A DNA stretch of 64,000 nt, from positions 19,780,001 to 19,844,000 of the forward strand of contig CM052832.1 in assembly GCA_028534125.1 (NCBI GenBank), in the 5' to 3' direction. The position numbers and the translations under genes were made by a program. Positions 1 through 13,901 of the stretch are shown here, in pieces. The DNA is from Lama glama. Taxonomy: Eukaryota. The first letter of the stretch is position 1; each line of letters begins with the position of its first letter. The notes beneath the pieces are model-generated. The model ran no database searches and was not told the origin of the DNA. It worked only from the letters and a program-made list of their open reading frames with translations.

Positions 1-362
1 ACATTCATTTGTTTTATTTTTTAGATTGCACATATAAGTGATATCATATAGTATTTGTCTTTCTCTGTCTGACTTATTTCACTAAGCATATTGTCCTCTA
101 GGTCCATCCACATTGCTGCAAATTTCATTCTTTTTTTGACTGAACAATATTCCATTGTGTGTATACCACATATTCTTTATCAGTTCATCTGTCAATGGAC
201 ATTCAGGTTGCTTCCACGTCTTGGCTATTGTAAATCATGCTTCTATGAACACTGGGGTGTGTGTGTCTTTTCTAATTAGTGTTTTCATTTTTTCCAGGTG
301 TATATCCAGGAGTGGTTGCTGGATCACGTGGTAAGTTCTATTTTTAGTTTTTTGAGGAAACT
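1..362 (-). mobile_element. L1 LINE fragment (ORF2 C-terminus/3' region), running off the window start
   Basis: Typical antisense L1 text (tagattgcacatataagtgatatcatatagtatttgtctttctctgtctgacttatttcact; ttccacgtcttggctattgtaaat), paralleling the L1 at 19820-20549. Confidence 0.9.
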
Positions 363-389
363 TTAATTCATACCATGCTTGACCTCTAA

Positions 390-720
390 TTTTTGGGCAC
401 TAATTTCTCTTACTAAGGCAGCTAGAACTTCTGGGAGAATAGCTAATTTCATACCTTAAGGCAGAATGGATATAAATAGACCTGAAATATTTTATTGCAA
501 GAAAGCAAAGATATTCCCAAAGACGTTTGGTGTTGCATTGAAAAGGACAAAGAGGCCAGCAAAAAAAGAAGCCTATTAGTGGCTAACATGTTAAAATTTG
601 CGCATCAGAAAGATAACATTTGCAGTCAGTTGGAACAGATGAGGATGTTAAAGAAGCTATATGTCTATGATTACACTAAAATAGAGAAACTAACACAAAA
701 TGATAAAAAATATTTGTAAT
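390..720 (+). mobile_element. Old L1MC-like 3' UTR fragment
   Basis: ctagaacttctgggagaatagctaatttc...ggcagaa...agaaagcaaag resembles L1MC4/5 3' ends as I recall them; boundaries approximate. Confidence 0.55.
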
Positions 721-3700
721 GTACTTGAGTTTCTAATGTCATCTCTAGAAGATGCTTTTGATTGTGTGATCAAATGACTTGCATTTGTACTGTAGTTTTG
801 ATTGCTGTAGTTTTGATTATAGTCAATCAAAAAATTATAAAATACATAGTGGATTTTTTAAATAGAAAATGCAAAAGCAGAAAGATGTAAAATATGAAAG
901 AATATTGCATAACGTGTTTGGCTTTCCCTGTGTTTTATTTGTAACCAAATCATCACAGCTCTTTTTGTGGACTAGTATAGTAACTTATACTTTTGTTACT
1001 CAGCCTGCAAAATTGTGGTAGTCCTCTATGAGGCAAAATTTAATAGTGTTGTGAAATGTCATGTGGTTGTCTGGAAATGAAAGTTCATACAGAGAACTGG
1101 GCCCAAGATTGTGGTGTGGCATGGGCATAATAATCTGGGAAGGTGGCTGTAATGTATGCCCCCTTTTTGGGGGAAGGAGTAACTGCCTTTCATACATTTC
1201 TCTGGGGAGTTGGAATAGTGCCTGTAAATAACAATCTTTGGTCACTGCAGCCTCAAGACTTCTTTTAGGGGCTTGTTTGGTTTGTGTCTGCCTTGTTGCT
1301 GAGAGTCTTTGGGTGCAGTTTATATGGAAAATGATAGGATTGGAGGGGCAGTGGGGAGAGGAGTGTGGTGGGACCAGGAAGGAAGGCTTACTCCTCATTC
1401 TTGGTATTTTCTTCCATATGGAGTGGGTGATTCTTGCTGAAATGTCCCTAGCCTCTCTTGCCTTTCAGCCATTCTTTGCCTGAGGTGGGGGAAGGGTGAA
1501 TTTGATTGTTGGTACTGAAAGGAGAAAATGGGCTTGTATTGCCCAGTCTCTTCTGGTTATATTCTGCTCTTAGGAATAGATTGCCAGCAAGGCACTGGTG
1601 TAAATCTGCTTCTTCCCTGGGCTGTGCCAATCCTTCCTCTCCATGGGGGATGCCTGCTCCAGGCCAACCTTGCATCTGACTGCATGGGAGTCTGATTCTG
1701 TGATTCATTACTGTAGGGACCCTTTATCAGAGATAAAGGGATCTTTTATCAGGAACACAAGTACTAGCACTTTTCAACAACTATGATATACTTCTCACAC
1801 TTGCCATTTCTGAAATTGCAAAATGCCTTAAAATCCGTGAGGTATTAGATTTGGGGAAATATAGTATTTTGTTCTTTCATCTGCCACTTCTTTGTCTGAT
1901 TTCACAATTTGTTCAGATCCTGGATAGGAGAAAAAAAAAAAAGCTGCTATTTACTGGGACCCAGAAGGTTCTAACATTTACGTAAAAAAACCAAAACCAA
2001 ACAAACAAAAAACCTGAGTAAAATCCTGATTAAAAAAGAAGCCAAAGTATTTAATTTGCAGGATATTTGCATTCCTACCCAGACAACACACTAAAGTAGG
2101 AACTATATTTCAGCCGCCAAATAGTGAAAAAAGCTTGAATTTTTTTCTGACACAGCAGTGGAAAACACATAGGGAAACACTGAAAGGAACATAGCACATT
2201 TAGAAACTAGAAACTGTAGGTCAGATCTATGGGGTTTAAAAAGTATTGCTTCCCAAGGAAACACATGGGGCTTGTTAAGACTATACTATACTTCTGAAGA
2301 ATAAATTGGGGAATTGATATTTTATGTAGTTTAGTAAGTGGATTACTATAATAAGGTGTCTTTTTTCCTACTATTATTGAACTAATGTAGCAAAATAATA
2401 GTGATAAAAGAAATTAAGCAAGGACATGCAAAGAAAACCACATTTTCTTTTCTTATCAAGGGACAATAAAGAATAAAAAGACACTTCCAGAGATTGAAGC
2501 TCATTGAATCAGGAGAATTGATCAGAAGTGAAATTCAGAAGGGAAATACATCTTGTAGGAGGAATGAAAGGCATAAAGATTAGCTGATGGAAACAAAAAA
2601 ATGTTACAAGGTTGTAAATAAACTGAAGGGAACTATACATTTCAGACCCACCTGCAGAAAAAATAGGAAGAGGAAATCCCAAAATAATAACAACAAAAAT
2701 ACAACAACAATAATAACAACAAAAAACGGGAGAAACCAGGTAGCAAGGGTAGACTATTTCTGTCCTTTTGATCACAACATTTTATGAATTTAAAAGCTTA
2801 GGGGAAGATTAGTAAGATGAAGTTTTCAGTAGTGACTGCAGTGGGCAGAATCCACAGGACTGTCAACAGGGCAATAGGAGTCTTCCCTGTAGTGATGCCA
2901 TTGTAATGAGGAAAACCACATGCAAACATTAGAGGTGGAATCCCAGATGGTCTCCTGAAACCCACCTGAGCAGAGGTCCAAGTTGGTGTTGTTGTTGGAT
3001 CTGTGCCATGGACAAAGGATGCAGACGTGAAGGAAAGAACTGAGTGTGTACATAATCCAAGTATGTACTCAGAAAGAATCTACAAATGTAAGTTGAGTCT
3101 ACATAAATGTAACTTGTCCCTCACAGATCAGGTCAGAATCACCCTGTGAGATCATGTTATTTTATCTCATCTACTAACCAATGTCTATACTTAGAAAGAC
3201 AGTTGGACTGAGAAAACAAGATTCTGTTCATTCACTTGATTCAGGACCAGAATTATAATAACAGCCACTTTTGTCCGGAAGGACTGACTCCAGAGAATTT
3301 TCTGAGCATAAAGTAGAGATTGCACTGGAACCACATCTTGCTTAACATTGAAGCGTCCAAAATGGATGTGTCATATATACATAGTAGAGAGTTAATACAC
3401 ATACTATGATTTGAGTGAGTGGACAGCAATTAGGGCAGCATTCTGAATAAATCAGAAACAGGATTCATACACTTGATGGAAGATAGATGGAAGGAGACTG
3501 GCATGACACTTTATGCAGTTACTGGTAGAAGTGCCTCTACAGCCTTGGAGGGAGGAAAGACGGCACTGATGTAGAAGTTTGTAGGGTGTGAATTCCTCCT
3601 ACCATACTCTTTAATAAGGACCTGCTTACTTTAGTGGGTCAATTTAACTACTATGTTTAAACTATAATTTCATCATTTTTAGAGAATCAAAGTGTCCATA

Positions 3701-4544
3701 CTCAATGAGTTTTTATTGTAGGCAAGATTGTAGCCAAAGCCACAGTGTAGATGATGGAATTTTTAGGAAAATCATTCTAGCATTATAGTCAATCATTATA
3801 TTTCTAGGGAACATGAATTTTGGGTCAAAAGATCGAGTTTTTTCTAGGCAGAACGAGTTATTGAAAGAAAGAAGATGATTCTTATGGTTCTTATCTTTCA
3901 GGAAATATAAATACTGTGAGATAGATGTTTTTCTATTCTGTAATGGTCTCTGTTTAATAGGTCTTAGCAATTCCTTTTCCCACACTTTGATGCCTCTTTG
4001 GCCACCATGAAGGCTAAATCCATCCAGTGGGATGGATTTAGAAAATACCATTTTCATTTGAACAAGGGTTAATATCTCCTCAAATTTTCTTGTGAAAGTA
4101 CTCAATTCTGAATTTGTTGGTGTGCTGGAGAAACTGGAGCACTAATGTTAGGAAAAGTGGCAAAGGGAGAGTCACATCAAGCAAAATAATGGAACAATGG
4201 AACTAGTGGCTACTGACATTTGGAAAGGTGACAGCAAGATGGATATCAGCTACTGGTCATAAAACTTAAGGACCTTACGTAAGTAAACTTATAGAGTCAG
4301 TGGTGCCTAAGCTTTGGTATACAAACCATATTGTGACATCTCTGCAGTTCAGGGTTTGTGTTCAAGCAAGCAAGACACCTGCTTCAGCTAGTTGAAGCAT
4401 AAAAGGAATTTATTGAAGAACATTAGATTTATAGACTCTCCAGTAAGGCCAGAGACCTGGCTTGGAATCTATCCCAATAGGAACAATGCCCAAAATGGTT
4501 ATCAGAATTGCTTCTGGGGAGACACCAGAGCAACCACCACTTTT

Positions 4545-5650
4545 GTAATGTAATTGATTAAGGCTTTTGCCTGTTTTTCTATTGTATTGTCTTTCTTTTA
4601 AAATTTTACTTGCAGAAGTTTTAAAAATAATATGGATATTAATTCTTTAGTGATTTCGTGTTTAGCAGATATTTCCCCCATACTATAGCTCTAGTTTTTT
4701 TTCATTTAAAAAAATGCTATCATACAGCAATAAAAAATTAAAAAATGAAAATAAATAAAAAATAAAATACTGTTTATTTAATTACCAATTACGCTGAATC
4801 AAATTTGATGATTGTGTTTTCCAAGTGTTCGATAGCCTTATTAATTTTTTTTCTGCTTATTTTATCAAGTACTGAGAGAAGTGTGTTAAATTCTGTCTTT
4901 TACTATGATTATGGATTTGTCTATTTCTCCTTGGACTTCTGTTATTTTTTTCTCTGTATACTTTTATACAATATTATTGAGTGTATATATATTTATAATT
5001 GTTCTATCTTTGTGGCAAATTGAACATTTTATTACTCAGTGAATATCTTTACTGACACCAATACTTATTGCTTCTTAAAATGTATTTTATCTAGTAACAG
5101 TCTACCAATAGCTGCACTATTATTTTTTTTTTTTTTGGTCAAAATTTGTCTGGCATTTTTTTTGTCCTTTTATTTTCAACTTGAGATTATTTTGGATGAG
5201 ACAAATAGTGTGATTTAAAACTGCTAATCATCTTAAGGGCCAACTTTTAATTATGACTTTTCAGGCTGTAACTTGGCTCCTAGATCCCACTCCATGTTCT
5301 AGTGCCAAGACAATTTTCTTCGTTGTTTTCCTGAAAGTGGAACGTCATCTAGGTTTACTTCTGCTTCACACCTACACTGAGGGTATAGTCTTTTGTGATC
5401 TCAGCTTTATAATTGAGTATCTCTTATTAGAACCACCATTTGCTATGGGTACGATGCTTTGTCTTCTCTCTCAAGTATATGAAGGACTATAGAAATACAA
5501 CTGAATTTATCTAAGTTTGAAAAATGCTTTTTTGGCTATATATGATGTCAAAAATCTATTTATTTCCCTGATTTCTTAGCTTTGCCTATATAATGTACTA
5601 GTAATTCTTTATTTTTGACAGCCCTTTTAAGCTTTAGAATGAAATCATAC
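4545..5650 (-). mobile_element. Degraded antisense L1 fragments
   Basis: Antisense L1 motifs such as tcaagtactgagagaagtgtgttaaattct...tatggatttgtctatttctcc; T-rich; boundaries approximate. Confidence 0.65.
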
Positions 5651-6056
5651 ATATTTTGTTTAATCTGGGATTTTCATTGTCTTTAGCAGAGGATGTATTT
5701 AACTAGTCATATTTAAACAGACAAGGCTGGGAAAGCGGTAGACAGGATGAAAAGTTGTCATTTTATTGAAATAAAAATTTGTATTTCATTGGGGATTTCC
5801 AGTCAGATCCTTTCTCTTCTTAATCCTGCACAACATAGATAACAGAGACTGGAAGCATTATTATTAACATAGAAGTCTCCCTAGACAAAAGTACCCTTTA
5901 TCGATATTGGCCAGCAATAAGGAGGAATTTCCTTAAATTTCTATCTGTTTCTCTCTCTTAAGTACACATGCAGGCCACGTTTACTTTAATCTTTCCTCAG
6001 GCTTGCCTTTGATCCATTTATCAAAAGAGTACAACTCTTTTGGAAAGGGGCAAGAG

Positions 6057-6650
6057 TGTTGCCGAAAGATCAGCCCTCAACCCTGATAAGCCAAATAACT
6101 CAGAAAAAGGGTCTTGGAGCTAGAAGAAGAGGCAGCTTTATTGCTTTGCCATGCAAAGGGGCCTTGCAGCAAGCTAGTGCCTTCAAAACTGTGAATCTGT
6201 CTCAGGGATGGAGCAGGGTGGTTATATAGCCATGACTTAAACAATAAAGCATCAGTGACAATCAACAAAATTATTTTCTTTTCATAAGACTCAAAGTGGC
6301 ATCGTGGTGTCTCCAGGTGACCAATTCTATAGAGCCTAATGGTTGTCACTCTTTTGATCCCTTTCTCTTATAAGCACCCAAAGCATGGTCTTCCTGGTAA
6401 TTTAGGCTATTTTGTAAGGTTACAGTCCTGTGACCTTCTTCCTGGAGAAAAACTCAGAAGCCAAGCATGATTATAACTTTTGATTACCAGAATAAAGTAG
6501 AAACAGTAAAATCAATAGCTTTAGTTTTAACAGTGGGCCCGGAGCTGTGAGTAGTAACCAGTCGGTCAGGTTTGTTGACCATTCTAAGGGCAAGCAATAA
6601 AGGTAAGAATCTGTTAGCCTAAGTGCGGCCATTTTACTAGTCCTCCTTCA
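6057..6650 (-). mobile_element. ERV1-class solo LTR
   Basis: Starts TGTT (6057), ends TTCA (6650), 4-bp TSD AGAG at 6053-6056 and 6651-6654; minus-strand TATA-like (ctatataacc) upstream of AATAAA (plus-strand tttatt, about 6137). Confidence 0.85.
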
Positions 6651-7208
6651 AGAGTTCCAGTCAATATTGTATATGGTGTTGTCAGTAAAGAGAATTCTAC
6701 TGCCATCATGCCTGTTGTTTCTATGACTGTTACTGTTTCATGTGTGCACTTTGTTTTTGGTGAGTATTTCAAAGAAAAAACACTACTATTTGTTTGTTTC
6801 TTTATTTTTACAAAGGATTTGCCCAGAATCTATGAAAACACAAATGTTTTTTCCTGGTCTGTAATGATTTCCTGCAAAATTACTCATTACCATTGTGATA
6901 TACATTTTCTGTATTATGTATGTCTTTGTCTCATTTATTTTCATGGTCTAGACATTTTAGATATTTTCAGCTAGAGTTTAACTGCCAATATCTCTGTGGC
7001 ATGGGCCATTGCTTTTCTGTTGTTAATTTCTTTGTCCAACAGAATCAACTGAAAGTTGATTTATTCACTTTACTATTATATTCAATTCAACATTGTCCAT
7101 AAAATAGATTTTGGTGTCTTACTTTTATTCGATCTGAAAACTCTTGGCCTGTTTCATTTGCCTTCTCCCAAGCTTTGTCACATTGTAAGCTTCTTTAATT
7201 GCATGTTC

Positions 7209-7675
7209 TGTATTAATTTCTTATTGCTGCTGTAACAAATTACCACAAACTTGGTTGCTTAAGATAATATGCATTTATTGTGTGTTTACAGTTCTGCAGG
7301 AACAAAATCAGTTTTCCTGAGCTAAAATTAAGATATTCCCTTGGTAGTTCTTGGGGAGATTCTATTTTCTTGCCTTTTCTATCTTCTAAAGCTGCATTCT
7401 TTGCATTCCTTTCCCATGGGCCCTTTCTCCGTCTTCAAAGCCAGAAGTGTCACATTGCCTTTCTCTGTATCAAATCTCCAACTGCCTCTCTCTTATAAAG
7501 ACATTTGTTTTTGCATTTAAACCCCACCTGGATAATCCAGAGTAATCTTCCCATCTCAAAATCCTTATCTTATTCACATTTGCAAAGTCCCTTGTGTCAT
7601 ACAAAGTAACATTTACAGTTTCTAAGGCTTAGGACCTGAGTATTTTGGGAGCCTAGGATGTCAATGTTTCTACTT
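7209..7675 (-). mobile_element. MaLR LTR (MLT1-like)
   Basis: tgtattaatttcttattgctgctgtaacaaattaccacaaacttgg...ggataatccagagtaatcttcccatctcaaaatcctta, typical antisense MLT1. Confidence 0.88.
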
Positions 7676-10019
7676 CTCCTCCCACCATGGCCCCCAACCC
7701 CCTCTACCCCCCCCCGCCCTGCCTTCACAGTTTTTAGCAGTCCTTTCAGTCTGCTTTGCTCTAACAAGATATTAAAGCCTCTGTAAGAAGACTCAAACTG
7801 GTCATAGTTAAAATCATTAACCATACCTTCATTTCCCCTTTTCATTTTATGTGGAGCCACCTATTTTGTTCTGTTTTCAGATGCAATGTCTTATAATTTC
7901 AAAATGGACTGGAATAGGCTTCAAAAAGTTAAAATCATAAATATTGCCTCTCAATGTTGTTGTTTCTAACTCCATTATTATCTAATACTGAAAATTAGGT
8001 TCTGTAAACTCAGCTAAGATGCTAGTTTCCTCCTCAATTAAGATTCCTGGTCATTTTGTATGTTCATGGTCAACTAGGAATGCACATGTATTTGTGGGGG
8101 GTGGGGGGGCAGGTAGAATGGAGCAGAATATTCTTAATGGTGGAGGATTAAATATTGAGCCTGATAGGAGCCACATGACAATAGCACCTAGAGAATTGGA
8201 TATTGATATGCAAATTAACAATAAAATTTAAATAATCTACGTCCTTACTCCTCTGGGTTACATAGTGAAATACAAAAAACTAGGATGTTAGGTTTCCTGA
8301 AATATAGGGCATTCAGTCCAAAATACCCAGGAAAGTTACTGGGCAAATTGAGACATGTTGTTTACCTTCCTCATACCCACTTTTCCATAACTTTCTGATA
8401 ACTTCCAGTTTTCAGAGTTTCCAGATTTTGTAATAAAACAAAAAAAAAACAAAAAAAAAAACCAGACTATTGAGTCATACATTTTGATTTGGTAACATTA
8501 GTTTGAAGGAAACAGATCTGAAGTTCTCGTGCAAAGCCTATGTCAGGCTAGGTTCTTGCGTTTGCCATCTGTGCTGAGAATTCTACTAAGGATGTTTTTA
8601 AGATTGTCTTTCCTTGCTGTTGAGGGCCTTGGCCTTCCAAAAAATTATGTAACTGAAGTAGTTTTTTCATTAGAACTTCTCTTTTTCACCTGGAAGAAAC
8701 TATTCTGTTTGTTCTTTACTATTCTCAAGCACTGCTTATATTTTACAAACACAGAACATTGAGTAAATCTTAATTGTACAGAAAAGTGAAGTGACATGTT
8801 AACATTATAAAGCCAGTTAATGCCAGAGTGATGGTACAGCTGAGTTTCTGGCTCTCTGAGCCAGTGTTCTCCAATATGTTTTTCCTAGCTTCTTAATATC
8901 AAATGAGGAAGAAAACAGATACAATTCACTTCCTGCACTTGATATCCTGCAATGAATACAGGATGATAGCACATGTGAAAGGAAGACATTTAGCATAGGA
9001 AGTAGCATATGGACCCCTTAAAAAACATTATTTTGGGGTGGATTATGAATTAATCCTGGGTTTCCTTGTTTCTTACTTTACATACTTTAACGTTGCCAGC
9101 ATTTCATTTATATTTGGAATAGTTCAAGTGTCTTGAAGTATTGTTAGCATAATACATATCTAAGAAAAAGGATCATTCTTTTAAAATGATTTTTATCTAC
9201 TTTTTTTTTTTCCTCTCAGAAAGTCAGATTTGAAATCAGCCTATTCTGGTAAAGCATGATGTGCTGTCTGGTGTTTTTTGTGTTTTTATTTCTAGTTAAT
9301 CTGTCAAAGCTTTTTAAAAGGTATTAGAGGACATTTTGAGAAGATAAGACAAAGATAATGATTAAAAAGACTAAAGTTATGTAGTTAAGGTGGTATATTA
9401 GAAAAGCCATTGTCCTTAAGTATTTATGAGGACTTTCTGGTTATTGGCATATTTCAACCCCTGTAAATAGCCTACTAATGAATACATAGGTTCTAGTAAG
9501 AGAAAGTATATTGTAGGCATGGATGGATACAGTGTGCTTCTCTAGCTAGAAAAACATACAGGTGGTGAGAGTCAGATTATCAGATGGATGGTCTGTTTAA
9601 AGGACTACCATGTATTAGTCTCAGTTTAAAGGGAAGAAAGGATGTGTAGGCACTTAATACTATACTGGCTCAGTGAAAACTTTTAATGGTTTATACATAT
9701 ATAAAAATCTATAGTTTAAGTACAACATTTGGAAATGCTTGCTTTCCTTAGGAAGTTAGGGGAGCTGACATAGGGAATTGAAGAAATAAATGCATTTTTA
9801 CCCTTATCAGTTTATTTCATTTTTGCCTGCATAATTAACAACAATAACAAAGGAAAATGACTACAGGACACAATAGCAAGTCAAATAAACCTATATTTAC
9901 AAGATGGGATTAATGAATGTCTAAGTAAACTATGTCAATACATGAAAATACATTATACATTAACATAGAAAGAATACAAATAAATTTTCATGAGTTTCCA
10001 CTGCATTAGAAACATGCAT

Positions 10020-10152
10020 GGGGGGAAGGTATAGCTCAGTGATAGAGTATGTGCCTAGCATGTGCAAGGTCCTGGGTTCAATCCCTAGGACCTCCATTAA
10101 AAATAAATAAATAGATAGATAAATAAATAAACCTAATTACCTCCCCCCACAA
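10020..10152 (+). mobile_element. tRNA-derived SINE (camelid Vic-1-like)
   Basis: A box (tagctcagtgatag), B box (ggttcaatccc), AT-rich tail ending acctaattacctcccccc; perfect 12-bp TSD agaaacatgcat at 10008-10019 and 10153-10164. Confidence 0.92.
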
Positions 10153-11136
10153 AGAAACATGCATCAATTAATGCTAAAATGGATTCAATTTACTATCCAT
10201 TTTTATAAAACATAGGTATTATTTAGGTTTTAAAATGTTTGGCAGTTTATTTAGGAACCTCATAAAAGTAATACCTTAGCCTTATGTAGATTTTTTTGTT
10301 CTAACTGCAAGTGAGCTTTCTTATTTGCTGCTTAATCCAGTGTTCCTTCCACTGGACAGATTTATGCCAAGACACAGACATTGGACAGATTAAATGGAAG
10401 TTAAAATCTTTCCAAAAGATTTTAAAGAATGGTTTTTCTTCTTTCAAAGATCAAGTCCTATTAGTTGTGCAGACTTAAATGTCTTTTCTACCCTAGTTTC
10501 ATCTATGTAAAAGCATGCTCAAGAGAGAAATATTAGTAGACATTTTCTTGGGATGTACATTAAATTTTTGTCTTCCAAATTTGACACAGTAAGAAAATTA
10601 TATAGCACATAATGTCTATTCTGAATATGTCTCTATTTAAAGATCAGAATAATTGCGTATTATAATTTAAAGTGGCCTCACAAATCATTTAATTTTACTA
10701 AGGCCTATTAATATTAAATTTCGTGCCTAAGCATGTAAGCTAGTTAGTTTTAGAGTTGGAAGTAAATCTCAAATTTTCTTATGCTTTAATGCAATGCTTT
10801 CTTCATTATGTATGATTTGCACATAAATTGATATGTGCATTTTTGCATTTAACAATTTGAGATGATTGAGATTATTTAATTTAAAACTGCTTCTCATCCA
10901 TATAAAAATGCAGAAGGAGTAGAGTCTTGCAGGAATAAGAATTGAGTAGATTAAAACACTTGGGCAATAGATTTAGCTCCAAATTTATCAGCAGTTAAAT
11001 CTGAGATGGAAACTACATTGAATTACAGTGTTTTTGTTTTCTGACAACAGAGAACCTATATGTTCATTTATAGAGATGATTTATTTTCTTGAAAATGAAT
11101 TCAAAGTAGAAGATATTAAAAAAAAGCAGAAAGAGA

Positions 11137-11380
11137 GCTAATATTTTCTGAGCACCTACTCTCTTCTAGGGATTGTATTAACTACTCTATGTATACTATC
11201 ACACTTAATTTTCATAAACACCCTATGAGGCAAGTATAATTACAGCTTTATAAATGAAGTAACTAAGCCTCTCTAAGTAACTAAGAGAGCTTAAATTAAT
11301 TGCCAGTCATTCCCCCTTAACACCTGTTAACCCACATTGCTAATAAGTGGCAAAACCATGATTTGGATTCCACTGGTCTC
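11137..11380 (-). mobile_element. MIR SINE
   Basis: gctaatattttctgagcacctact...ccctatgaggcaagtataat...aaatgaagtaactaag...taataagtggcaaaaccatgatttggattcc follows the antisense MIR consensus. Confidence 0.8.
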
Positions 11381-11519
11381 AGGTGAGTGATAGGAAGGGG
11401 AGGGGGCAGTTAGGTGCTGTGAAGTTTTTTTCAAGGAGTCCTCTATATGATCAGTTTGTTCAAAAGTATTTTCTATTTAGGTACAAAATAAATTTTATGT
11501 CTTACAAATGTATGTACCA

Positions 11520-13870
11520 TATCTCTTAAAACAATTGAATCAATAATTAATAATCTTGCAAACAGAAAGTACCAGGTCCAGTAGCATTAACTGGTGAATT
11601 CTACCAAACATTTAAAGAAAAAATTATACCAATTCTCTATAATTTCTTTCAGAAGGTAGAAGTAGGGAGACTACTTCCTAACTCATTTTATGAGTCCAGC
11701 ATTGCTTTAATTATCAAAACCAGAGAAGATATTATAAAAAAAAACCCTGCAGACCAATATTTTTCATATACATAGATGCTAAAATCCTTAACAAAATTGG
11801 CAAATTAAATCCAATGACATATAAAAACAATTATACATTATGACCAACTGTAATTTATTCAACTGTGCAAGGCTGTTTCAACATTTGAAAATTAATTAAT
11901 GTAACCCATCACAAAAACAGACTGAAGAAGAAAAATTACATGATCATCTAGATAGAGGCAGAAAAAGCTTTTGACAAAATCCAACACCCATTCGTGATAA
12001 AAACTCAGTAAACTAGCAATAGAGGGCAACTTCCTCATTTTAGTGAAAGACTTATCCTGTTCCTTATACACACAAAAAACTACTGCTTACATCACACTTA
12101 ATGGTAAGAAACTAGACATTTTCCTACAAGGATCAGAAAAAAGACAAGGATGTCTCCTCTCACCACTGCTTTTCAACATTGTACTGGAAATCCTAGCTAA
12201 TGAAGTAAGACAATAAAAGTTAAGAAGAAATAAAACTATATTTGTTTGCAGATGGCCTGATCATCTATGTAGAAAATCAGAAATAATAAGCAACAACAAC
12301 AAAATACAAGAATAACAGCAATTATAGCAAGGTTGCAGAATGCAAGATTAGTATACAGAAGTAAATTATTTCCTGTATACCAATGAGCAAGTGGAATTTG
12401 AAAGTAAAAACACAATACCACTTACATTAGCACCCACAAAAATTAAATACTTAGGTTTAAATGTAACAAAATATCTTCATGATCTATATGAGGAAAACTA
12501 TAAAACTGTGATGAATGAAATCAAAGAAGAACTAAATAAATGGAAAGATATTCCATGTTCATGGATAGGAGTACTTATTAAGAAGTCAGTTCTTCCCAAC
12601 TTGATCTATAGATCCAATGCAATCCCAATCAGAAATCTCAGAAAATTATTTTGTGGATATCAACAGAGTGATCTCAAGTTTATGTGGGGAGACAAAAAAA
12701 ACAAACAAACAAAACTAAATAACCAACACAGTATTCAAGGAGAACCACAAAGATGGAATACAGACAATACTGGACTTTAACACTTACCATAAAAGTCCAG
12801 CAATCAAGACAATGTGGTACTGTGAAAAAACAGACAAATAGATCATTGGAATAGAGTAGAGAACTTAGATATAAACCTACTTAAGTATAGTCAACTGATA
12901 TTTGACAAAGGAGTGAAGGCAGCACAATGAAGAAAAGATAGTCTTTTCAACAAATGGTGCTGGAATAAGTGGACATCTACATGCAAAAAAATGAATCTAA
13001 ACACAGGTCTTATATTTTTCAGAAAAATTAACTCAAAATGGATTAAAGACTTTAATGTAAAATGCAAAACTATGAAAACCCTAGAAGATAACATAGGAAA
13101 AAACCTGGATAACCTTTGGTATGGTGATGACTTTTTAGACACATCAAAGGCACAGTACATGAAATAAATAATTGATAAGCCAAGCTTTATTAAAAATTAA
13201 AACTACTGTGCAAAAGACAATGTCAAAGGAGAGAGAAGACAAGCTACAGACTGGGAGAAAATATTTGCAAAAGAAACATCTGATAAAAGACTGTTTTCAA
13301 AAGTGTACAAAGAACACTTAAAACTCAACAATAAGAAAGTGACCTGAACAATTATGGTCAAAAGACTTGAATAGATACCTCATTATGTGCCATTAGGAAA
13401 TTTCAAATTAAAACAATGAGCTACCACTAGTCACTTATTAGAATAGCCAAAATCCAAAACACTGACAACACAAAATGTTGGGGAGGATATGGAACATCAG
13501 GAATTCTCATTCAAGGAGAGGAAATGCAAAAATGGTACTGCCGCTTTGGAAGACAATTTGGCAGTTTTTTAGAAAACTAAACATACCTTTGCTGAACAAT
13601 CCAGCAATCATACTTCTTGGTATTTACTCAAATGAATTGAAAATTTATGTCCACACAAAAATCTACATGTGGATATTTATAGATATTTTATTTATAATTG
13701 CCCAAACTTGGAAGCAACCAAGATGTTCCTCAGTGGGTAAATGGATAAATAAACTGTGGTACACTGGGGAATCTAATATAAAATATGGTGACTATAGTTA
13801 CAATATTGTATTATACCCTTGAAATTTGCTGAGAGTAGATCTTAAATTTTCTTACCCCCCCCCCCACCGC

Positions 13871-13901
<31 letters not shown>

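Noticed and set aside
10020..10095. tRNA-like sequence with A and B boxes (also 33440-33516)
   Set aside because: SINE head followed by an AT-rich tail and TSD, not a tRNA gene.
12391..13822. ORFs of 129, 89 and 115 aa
   Set aside because: Broken pieces, or the antisense frame, of L1 ORF2 rather than host genes.
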